From Candidatus Xenobia bacterium (GTDB lineage Bacteria > Vulcanimicrobiota > Xenobia > Xenobiales > QWHO01): a stretch of 10,950 nucleotides of DNA. Below, piece after piece: positions 1 through 6,455 of the stretch (position 1 is its first letter; each line of letters starts with the position of its first letter). Made by a program: the position numbers and the translations under genes. Where the stretch lies: the NCBI GenBank assembly GCA_045863235.1, contig BTUM01000144.1, positions 1 to 10,950 of the forward strand, given 5' to 3'. The notes beneath the pieces are model-generated. The model was not told the DNA's origin, searched no databases, and saw only the letters and a program-made list of their open reading frames with translations.

Positions 1-150
1 GTGGTGGGGCAAGTGCGCCAGCCGGAGCCCCACCGCCCACGGTGGGGATCCCCACGCCAGGTGGTGGGGCAAGTGCGCCAGCCGGAGCCCCACCGCCCAC
101 GGTGGGGATCCCCACACCGGGTGGTGGGGCAAGTGCGCCAGCCGGAGCCC
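1..150. repeat. 60-bp tandem repeat (2.5 copies visible, probably continuing left of the window), internally palindromic, REP/BIME-like
   Basis: Units 1-60 and 61-120 differ only at unit positions 56 and 59, and 121-150 repeats the first 30 nt exactly. Each unit has a stem GTGGTGGGGC/GCCCCACCGC (1-10/27-36) and a perfect 14-bp palindrome GTGGGGATCCCCAC (42-55). Confidence 0.95.
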
Positions 151-210
151 AGGTGCGGGCCCTTCCCCCAAGGGCAGACTGCGATCGGAGGGCGAATGCT
201 TGCATGCAGA

Positions 211-1101
211 ATGGAGATCACTCATCCCCCCGTGGCCAACATCCTCACCCGCAGCAGTGGATTCCTGCGCACGGTTTGCTCGCATTCGCTGCAGCCCTAC
301 CGCGGCTGTCCCCTGGGCAGTTCGCTCTGTGGTCAGGGATGCTACGTCCGGCACAGCCCCTGGGTGACCCGGGGCCGGGCCTGGGGCAGCTTTCTCGAAG
401 TCCGCGACCAGGCCGCCGAGAGCTATCTGGCGACGGTGGCTCGCGAGCGGGCCTGGGCCCGCCGTGCCCGCGGCTCGTTTGCCATCTTCATGGCCTCGGC
501 CACCGAGCCATTTCCGGCCGCGGAAAGGCGGTTCGGGGTGAGTCGCCGGGTGCTCGAAGCCATGCTCGAGGAGCCGCCCGACCTCTTGATCGTGCAGACC
601 CACTCGGCTGATGTGGTGCGTCAGCAGGAGCTCCTGTTGCGTCTTCAGGCTCGCTGCCGACTGAGAGTTCACCTCTCCATCGAAACTGACCGCGAGCGCC
701 TGCCCGGTCTCCCCCCACCGGCTTCTCCGGTCCGCGCTCGCTTTGCCGCGGCCGAAGAGTTGCACCGCCGGGGACTTCACGTGGTCATTACCGTCAGTCC
801 GATCCTGCCGATCGCCGACCCGCCCGCCTTCTTCGCACTCATTGCCAGGTGCGCCTCGGCGGTGGTACTCGACCATTACATCGGGGGGGACGGAACCCCG
901 GACGGTCGGCGCACCCTGGCGACGCCCTTGCCGCGCGCCATGGCGGCGCTCGAGCCCGAGTCGGTTCAACTGGCCTATCGCGACCGCATGGCGGAGGTGG
1001 CCGCTCGCTTTCTGCCCGGCAAGGTCGGCATCAACGTGGACGGATTTGCTGGCCGCTACCTCGGCGCAACCGGGGGCGCCCGCTCCCGGGATGAGACCTG
1101 A
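211..1101 (+). CDS. Radical SAM protein, SplB/Rv2578c-like (DNA repair photolyase-related family)
   Basis: Motifs ILTRSSGFL...HSLQPYRGCPLGSSLCGQGCYV, IFMASATEPF, LIVQTHS, SIETD and ITVSPILP match the pattern of the SplB-like radical SAM family. The ORF-track start at 1 only reads through the repeat. The likely start is ATG 211, or ATG 196 which follows GGAGG at 187-191. Confidence 0.85.
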   Translation: MEITHPPVANILTRSSGFLRTVCSHSLQPYRGCPLGSSLCGQGCYVRHSPWVTRGRAWGSFLEVRDQAAESYLATVARERAWARRARGSFAIFMASATEPFPAAERRFGVSRRVLEAMLEEPPDLLIVQTHSADVVRQQELLLRLQARCRLRVHLSIETDRERLPGLPPPASPVRARFAAAEELHRRGLHVVITVSPILPIADPPAFFALIARCASAVVLDHYIGGDGTPDGRRTLATPLPRAMAALEPESVQLAYRDRMAEVAARFLPGKVGINVDGFAGRYLGATGGARSRDET

Positions 1102-1723
1102 GCACCGGTGGCGAACCCTCCAGCCCGTGTGGGATCAGTTCGGCCGCCTCTCCAACCTGCCCGCCCAAAGCCTGCTCTGGCAGCGTGGCGAGCCTTGCGA
1201 TGAGGTCATCTTGATCATCCAGGGCGAGCTCGAGGTCTACCATCAGAACCTGGAAGGCGAGGTGGCCGTGGTGCGCTGCCTGGGTCCAGGCGAGATCCTG
1301 GGCGAGATGTCGGCCCTCGACGGAGGCACTCACTCGGCCACGGTCCGTTCGCGCACCCCGTGCCAGCTTCGGCGCATACCCGCCAGCGAGTTCCGGAGGG
1401 CCCTGGAGGGGCGGCTCGACCTGGTGCACGACCTGCTCGCCCGCCAGAACGAGCGGGTACGCCATCTCACCCGCCAGGTCGCGGTGCTGGGATTCGAGAG
1501 CGTGGCCACCCGCATCGCTCGCCACCTGACCCGCGATCTGCCCCCTCAGAAGACCTACCAGCTCACCCACCGCGATCTGGCCGAGCGGGTGGCGGCCACC
1601 CGCGAGAGCGTCACCAAAGCGCTGGGGCTCCTGGCTCGCCAGGGCTTTCTGGAGCTGGGTCGGGGAACGGTGACCGTGCTCGACCGGGTTGGCCTCAGCG
1701 CGCTTGCCGGGGAGGACGACTGA
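1091..1723 (+). CDS. Crp/Fnr family transcriptional regulator
   Basis: cNMP-binding beta-barrel (LLWQRGEPCDEVILIIQGELEV...GPGEILGEMSALDGGTHSATVRS) plus C-terminal HTH (LTHRDLAERVAATRESVTKAL...LELGRGTVTVLD). ATG 1091 overlaps the end of the upstream gene and gives 210 aa, a typical length. Confidence 0.93.
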   Translation: MRPEHRWRTLQPVWDQFGRLSNLPAQSLLWQRGEPCDEVILIIQGELEVYHQNLEGEVAVVRCLGPGEILGEMSALDGGTHSATVRSRTPCQLRRIPASEFRRALEGRLDLVHDLLARQNERVRHLTRQVAVLGFESVATRIARHLTRDLPPQKTYQLTHRDLAERVAATRESVTKALGLLARQGFLELGRGTVTVLDRVGLSALAGEDD

Positions 1724-2295
1724 TCCGCCGCCGGCTGGCCTTCTTGCTCTCGGCCGTGGGCAGCCCATTTGTGGTGCTGCCCCTCTTCTGGCTGGCTCTG
1801 ATCGCCCGCGAGACCGAGACCACGGAGCAGTTCTGGTTCTGGAGCCTGATGAGCATCGGGCTCACCACCGGCATTCCGGCCATCTACGTTCTGTATCAGG
1901 TCTGGGCGGGACGGTTGACCGATGTGCACGTGCGCCTGCGCGAGCAGCGCCGCGGCCCCTTCCGAGTGGCCCTGGTGGCGGCCGTGGCCCTGCTGGGGAT
2001 CATGCTCTGGTTCCAGGCCCCTCGGCCGCTCATCGCCGTGACCCTGGCCATGCTCTTCACCGGACTGATCTTCGCCTTGATCTCGCGGGCCTGGAAGATC
2101 AGCTTGCACACCGGAATGCTGTCGTGCTGTCTGACCAGCGGAGTCATCTTACTGGGCTGGCCCACTTCCTGCCACATGCTGGTCCCGCCGCTGGTCTGGG
2201 CCCGCGCAGAGCGAGGGCGGCATCTGCCCTCACAGGGCGTGGCGGGGTGGCTGATCGGCTCGCTGACCACCAGCTTGATTCTGCAGCTGCTCTGA
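1720..2295 (+). CDS. PAP2-like integral membrane protein (putative phosphoesterase); start uncertain (CTG 1720, alternatively TTG 1744)
   Basis: About 5-6 hydrophobic segments. Motifs DVHVRLREQR, WKISLHTG and WARAERGRHLPSQGVAG resemble the C2 (S-x-H) and C3 (R-x5-H) motifs of PAP2-superfamily proteins. The frame upstream of 1720 overlaps the Crp gene and is not credible. Confidence 0.75.
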   Translation: MIRRRLAFLLSAVGSPFVVLPLFWLALIARETETTEQFWFWSLMSIGLTTGIPAIYVLYQVWAGRLTDVHVRLREQRRGPFRVALVAAVALLGIMLWFQAPRPLIAVTLAMLFTGLIFALISRAWKISLHTGMLSCCLTSGVILLGWPTSCHMLVPPLVWARAERGRHLPSQGVAGWLIGSLTTSLILQLL

Positions 2296-2392
2296 CAATC
2301 TGTTGAGCAGCGCGGGATGCTCTCTGCCAAGCAAAACCGAAACAAAGCCTTAACATTCTTTACTCGGTTCTAACAACTTTCGCGATTGTGTC

Positions 2393-2401
2393 TGGTATGA
2401 T
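2393..2401 (+). promoter_or_regulatory. Putative extended -10 promoter (TGnTATGAT) for the subtilase gene
   Basis: TGGTATGAT in an AT-rich intergenic stretch about 145 nt upstream of the GTG start at 2545. Confidence 0.5.
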
Positions 2402-2487
2402 CATGCCCAGACAGTCGCCCTTCATTCCGGCCAAGAAACGCGAGGGTGACGAAGGAGTTGCGCTCATGCCCGATCGCTCCCCCTCCC

Positions 2488-2538
2488 CCTCCTAGCCTCT
2501 CTCTGTATTTTTTTTCAAACAGAGACAATCTTAGGAGG
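2488..2538 (+). promoter_or_regulatory. Strong SD (AGGAGG 2533-2538) inside a potential SD-sequestering hairpin
   Basis: CCTCCTAG (2488-2495) is complementary to TTAGGAGG (2531-2538, one G-U pair) and encloses a perfect 7-bp stem TCTCTGT/ACAGAGA (2500-2506/2519-2525) with a U-rich loop. Confidence 0.6.
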
Positions 2539-2544
2539 TAATCC

Positions 2545-3906
2545 GTGGATTCATTCTTGAACTTGAATCAAGGGAATTCTTTCTATTCCCGTGCAACCCA
2601 GGGCCAGCCTCGCAACAGCTCTCACTGGCATCGTCCCCCGAATCAGGGAGAGTGGAACTCAACGGAGTATGACCAGGACGCCTACCAGCCGGGTCAGCGC
2701 GGCTACGAAGCAGGCTGCTGTCGCTGCGCTCCCCCTCAGCAGCACAACGGCCCCGACCCCGGCATGATGTTTCTCTTCTTGCAAATGATGATGAGCGGCA
2801 CAAATCCGGCCGCAGCCTTCTTCATGATGGGCTTCATGGCCGGATCTCGCCCCCCACTTCCCATGGGTCCGCCTGCTCCTCCTCCTCCCCCGCCGCGCCA
2901 CTCGGGCTACGCCGAGCGCTACGAGCCCAACGCCACCGTGGCCGTCTTCGACAACTTCCGCGACACGGCCAACCGCACCACCCACGGTGAGCAGGTCGAG
3001 AACATCATGGTGCAACAGGGGCTGACCGACCGGGATATCCAGCGCTTTCACTCCGGCGAGGGAGGAATCGATCCCCGGCCCCTGCGCCAGGCGTCCAACC
3101 CGGGTCAGTTCCATCACGCCCTCAACGGCTACATCGAACGAAGCTCTACCGGCCTGCTGAGCGCCACTTCCAACAACATGGAGACCATTCTCGACGATCC
3201 CAACTCGCAGATTCAGGTGATCAACCAGTCGCAGGGGATCTCGGGAGCGGATGTCACCCAGCGACTGATGAGCATGGCGGGCGAGGATCCTCAGCTCAAG
3301 GCTCGACTGATGCAGGACCTGGGCCTGCCCCCCGGCGCGAGCAAGCGACAGTTCGTGGAGGCTCTGGCCAACCGGGTTCAGAGCGTCAGCGAAAACAGCC
3401 CCGCCGTGCAGGCGGAGACGCAGCGTTACGAGGAGTTGTCGGCCGAAGCCGACGCGCGCGGAATCAACCATGTGGTGGCCTCCGGCAACAATGGCCAGGT
3501 AGCCTCGATGATGCGTAACCTGGGTATCGAGATGGACCCCTCCTTCTATGGCAACGCTCTGCACAACGAACATACCACCAGCGTGGGAGCGCTCAACGAG
3601 CAGGGCACCGGTCCGGCCAGCTTCAGCGCGCCCGAGGCTGAGATTGCGACTCAGGGCCAGGGCGTGCTCACCACCGCCGACGGCCAGGTGGACTTCATCA
3701 ACGGCACCTCCTTTGCGGCTCCCCAGGTGGCCGCCCAGATGGCCCTGATGCGTCGTCGCAACCCATCCCTCAGCGACGAGGAGGCTGAGGAGGTGCTGAC
3801 CGCGACGGCTAACCCGGTGGCCGGCGATCCGACCCAGGCCGGGGCCGGTGCGATGGATCCGCGCCAGGCGCAGTGGCTTGCCCATCTTTCAGGCCAGGTC
3901 TACTGA
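2545..3906 (+). CDS. S8 family (subtilisin-like) serine peptidase
   Basis: Catalytic motifs in subtilase order: VAVFD (Asp), THGEQV (His), VVASGN (oxyanion Asn), NGTSFAAPQVAA (Ser), then a typical tail (NPSLS...EVLTATA...GAGAMD). AGGAGG lies 6 nt before the GTG. Confidence 0.92.
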   Translation: MDSFLNLNQGNSFYSRATQGQPRNSSHWHRPPNQGEWNSTEYDQDAYQPGQRGYEAGCCRCAPPQQHNGPDPGMMFLFLQMMMSGTNPAAAFFMMGFMAGSRPPLPMGPPAPPPPPPRHSGYAERYEPNATVAVFDNFRDTANRTTHGEQVENIMVQQGLTDRDIQRFHSGEGGIDPRPLRQASNPGQFHHALNGYIERSSTGLLSATSNNMETILDDPNSQIQVINQSQGISGADVTQRLMSMAGEDPQLKARLMQDLGLPPGASKRQFVEALANRVQSVSENSPAVQAETQRYEELSAEADARGINHVVASGNNGQVASMMRNLGIEMDPSFYGNALHNEHTTSVGALNEQGTGPASFSAPEAEIATQGQGVLTTADGQVDFINGTSFAAPQVAAQMALMRRRNPSLSDEEAEEVLTATANPVAGDPTQAGAGAMDPRQAQWLAHLSGQVY

Positions 3907-4006
3907 GTGTCGACGACCAGGCGGAACTTCACCCGGCGCGCGACCAATCCCAGGCTCTTTCGAGTCGCGGAGCAGGATAATACCCTCGGGCGCGGGATAA
4001 TGCCCG

Positions 4007-4630
4007 ATGAAGTTCTGGCGCGTGGGCCTGGCGGCGTTGATGTGGGCCCTCTTGATCGCGTGGCTCTCGCACCAATCTCCCCAGGAATGGGTGGCCTTCC
4101 TGCAGGGCCCCTGGGGGCCCCCGGCCTATCTCGTGGCCTACGCCATTCGGCCGCTGGCCTTTTTTCCTTCCGGCATCATGAGCGCCCTCTCAGGTTCGCT
4201 CTGGGGGCCGGTTCTGGGAGTGATCGTGGTGGTCCTGGGCTCCAACATCTCCGCCCTGGTGGGCTATGGGGTAGGAAGGCTGCTCGGCACCCGCATCATC
4301 TCGCCCCGCCTGGCCGAGCGCTACGGCGAGCCGCTGCGGCGCGATCCCTTCGGCAGCGTGATGTTCATGCGGGCGGTGATGGTGGTCCCGTTCGACCTGG
4401 CCAGTGTCCTTTCGGCCGTCCTGCGGCTCCCCTTGCGCAGCTTCGTCGCCGGCACCGCCCTGGGCTCCTTGCCGGGAACCTTGATGTTCACCCTGGCAGG
4501 GGCGGCTTTACCCGTCGAGGAGGTGCTGGCCGGTCGATTCCGCATCAGCTTCTTGACCATGGCCCTGGCCGGTCTGATGCTGCTGGTCAGCCTGTGGCTG
4601 TCTCGTCGTCTTCGCCGAACGGGGGCTTAA
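4007..4630 (+). CDS. TVP38/TMEM64 (DedA/VTT domain, YdjX-like) membrane protein
   Basis: Hydrophobic protein with family motifs IRPLAFFPSGIMSALSGSLWGP, GSNISALVGYGVGR and MRAVMVVPFDLASVLSA...FVAGTALGSLPGT. Confidence 0.9.
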   Translation: MKFWRVGLAALMWALLIAWLSHQSPQEWVAFLQGPWGPPAYLVAYAIRPLAFFPSGIMSALSGSLWGPVLGVIVVVLGSNISALVGYGVGRLLGTRIISPRLAERYGEPLRRDPFGSVMFMRAVMVVPFDLASVLSAVLRLPLRSFVAGTALGSLPGTLMFTLAGAALPVEEVLAGRFRISFLTMALAGLMLLVSLWLSRRLRRTGA

Positions 4631-4658
4631 AACGCCGCTCGTTCTGATTCGGAGCAGG

Positions 4659-5831
4659 TCAACGCGGAGTCGCGCGCGCCGGGGTTGGCCCGGGCCGCTC
4701 TGATGCTGCTGGTTCTGGCTCGCGGCGCCGCACAGGAAGCTTGACCGGACCGACGACCACGCTCTGATCGCCCACCTGCACACCCGGATTGGGAGCGGGC
4801 CTGGGCAGGTCCAGGGCCGCGGCCATTTCGCTCTTCAGCCTGGCAGCTTCAGCGGCGGGGTCCTTCGGGGCGGCCAGCCCCTCGTTCTTGCGCAGGTGCT
4901 CCTGTACGACGAACGAGGCCGCCACGGGATCAAGGCCCGTGGCCGCGAGTGCTTCGAAGGTCTCGAGCCAGCCCAGCGCATCCTCTTCCTCGTGGCGGCT
5001 CAACAGAGGCAACAGGCGAGCGGCCGGCTCGGCGTGCTGGTGGTCGGCCACCGCCGCAAAAACCTCCGGGCTGACTCCCTCCTCGACCGAACGTGCCACG
5101 GCCGCCTGCAACTCGCGAGGCAGCCTGGCCAGGGAAGTCACGTTGCGGGTGAGCTCCTCGAAATCGCCGGACAGCTGGTCGCGATCAAACCAGTTCCCAC
5201 TTACCAGCGCGTCGGCTCGACGAGTAATGATGCGGCGAGCGCTGGCCGGGTCAGCCCCCTGGCTCACGGCCGACTCCCAGCAACCGAAAGCCCGGCAGCA
5301 ATCCTCGACGCGGGAGAGACCGCGCAGACTGACTCCCTCGAGCAGGGCGCCCATGGTGAGCGCCCGCTCGGCCCAGGGCTGGCCGCATGAGGAGCGATCG
5401 ATCAGGTCCCAGCGCGAGCGGCGCTCGGCCTGATCGCCAAAGAGGTGCTCGAGCATCCCCAGGTAGTGGTCGCGGCGCTCGTCATGCTGCAGGTCGAGAG
5501 CCTCCAGGTCTTCCCAGAAACGCTGGTAATAGAAGGAAATCAGGCCCTTGGAGCTGGCCGAACGGGCGATTCGCTCGATGAAGTCGCCCGCCTCCCGGGC
5601 CGTCTTGCCCAGAGCCTCCTGGCGCTCCAACTGGCGCCAGGCTTCCTTGCGAGAGTCCTCTTCTTCCAGCGATCGGGTGTCCAGCTTCTTGAAGCGCTCC
5701 TTGAGAGCCTTCTTATCGGCTCTGGACCAGCGAACCGCGGGCGACAGCTCGACCTTGTCGAGAGAGCCGGACGGCCGCCCCGCAGACCGAGGAGCGCAGA
5801 ACTCAGGAATTCTCAGACAATGGACCCTCAC
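4659..5831 (-). CDS. Hypothetical protein (charged, predicted mostly alpha-helical); start uncertain
   Basis: 390-aa ORF that fills the gap between the DedA and TetR genes, with natural composition (E/L/A/R-rich, with W/F/Y). No recognised catalytic motif. GTG start with a weak RBS. Confidence 0.75.
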   Translation of the reverse strand: MRVHCLRIPEFCAPRSAGRPSGSLDKVELSPAVRWSRADKKALKERFKKLDTRSLEEEDSRKEAWRQLERQEALGKTAREAGDFIERIARSASSKGLISFYYQRFWEDLEALDLQHDERRDHYLGMLEHLFGDQAERRSRWDLIDRSSCGQPWAERALTMGALLEGVSLRGLSRVEDCCRAFGCWESAVSQGADPASARRIITRRADALVSGNWFDRDQLSGDFEELTRNVTSLARLPRELQAAVARSVEEGVSPEVFAAVADHQHAEPAARLLPLLSRHEEEDALGWLETFEALAATGLDPVAASFVVQEHLRKNEGLAAPKDPAAEAARLKSEMAAALDLPRPAPNPGVQVGDQSVVVGPVKLPVRRREPEPAASERPGPTPARATPR

Positions 5832-5865
5832 CTGTTCATGACACCACGGGGTCCTGAAAGAATGC

Positions 5866-5894
5866 TTGACAGATTACGCCCATAATATTACAGT
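5866..5894 (+). promoter_or_regulatory. Sigma70-type promoter of the tetR-paaI operon (probably leaderless)
   Basis: Perfect -35 TTGACA (5866-5871), 17-nt spacer, -10 TACAGT (5889-5894), then 6 nt to ATG 5901. No SD is present. Confidence 0.75.
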
Positions 5895-5905
5895 CATAAT
5901 ATGAC
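5873..5905. promoter_or_regulatory. Putative TetR operator(s)
   Basis: Tandem 14-mers ATTACGCCCATAAT (5873-5886) and ATTACAGTCATAAT (5887-5900), each quasi-palindromic, plus a perfect inverted repeat GTCATA-A-TATGAC (5893-5905) spanning the start codon. Confidence 0.7.
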
Positions 5906-6455
5906 CGCCCACCGCAAGCGACAGACCCGGGAGGCTATCCTGGAATCGGCTGCTCGCCTGTTATGCGAGCGCGGCCCCGCCCGGGCCTCAGTGCACGAGG
6001 TCATGAGCGGCGCCGGACTGACGGTGGGCGGGTTCTACGCCCACTTCGACTCCAAGGAAGCGCTCTTCGAGGAGACCTTCCGCCGCCTGGCCGAGCAGGC
6101 CTGGAATGAACTGGTGGAAGACCCAACCCGCGAACGCCTGCTGCAGTTCGTGCGCCGGTACCTCTCCCGTACCCACCGCGACCATCCCGCCGAGGGCTGC
6201 CCCCTCCCGTCCACGGTGGGCGACATCGAGGAGGATTCGAGCCTGCGCGGGGTGCTGTCGGAGCAGCTCGGCCGTTTTGCCGAGGCAACCGGCCCCGCAC
6301 TGGGCGGGTCCGACCGCAGCCTGGCCTTGCTGGCGCTGCTCTTCGGCGGGCTCAGCCTGGCCCGCGCTCTGGGCGCTGACGACCCACTTTCGCAGCAGAT
6401 GCTGGCAGGCTGCCGACGCTTCGCCAAAGACACCCTGAACCTGGAGGAACCATGA
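5901..6455 (+). CDS. TetR/AcrR family transcriptional regulator
   Basis: N-terminal HTH TREAILESAARLLCERG...SVHEVMSGAGLTVGGFYAHFDSKEALF and C-terminal YLSRTHRDHPAEGCPL motif. Confidence 0.95.
   Translation: MTAHRKRQTREAILESAARLLCERGPARASVHEVMSGAGLTVGGFYAHFDSKEALFEETFRRLAEQAWNELVEDPTRERLLQFVRRYLSRTHRDHPAEGCPLPSTVGDIEEDSSLRGVLSEQLGRFAEATGPALGGSDRSLALLALLFGGLSLARALGADDPLSQQMLAGCRRFAKDTLNLEEP

Noticed and set aside
1..150. CRISPR array interpretation of the 60-bp repeat
   Set aside because: Units are contiguous and almost identical with no unique spacers, and there are no cas genes in the window.
1..210. N-terminal 65-70 aa extension of the radical SAM ORF
   Set aside because: It is the translation of a stop-free DNA repeat. 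The family-like sequence begins at MEITHPPVANIL.
743..1090. N-terminal extension of the Crp ORF
   Set aside because: It overlaps the radical SAM gene in another frame and has low-complexity P/R/S composition. ATG 1091 gives a normal-sized Crp protein.
2325..2352. Possible c-di-GMP-I (GEMM) riboswitch from GCAAAACC-GAAA-CAAAGCC
   Set aside because: The superficial words are present, but the P2 stem around the GAAA loop, the GACGCAAAGC context and the P3 receptor stem are missing.
2866..2900. CCT/CCG triplet run
   Set aside because: It simply encodes the poly-proline linker of the subtilase and is not an independent repeat element.
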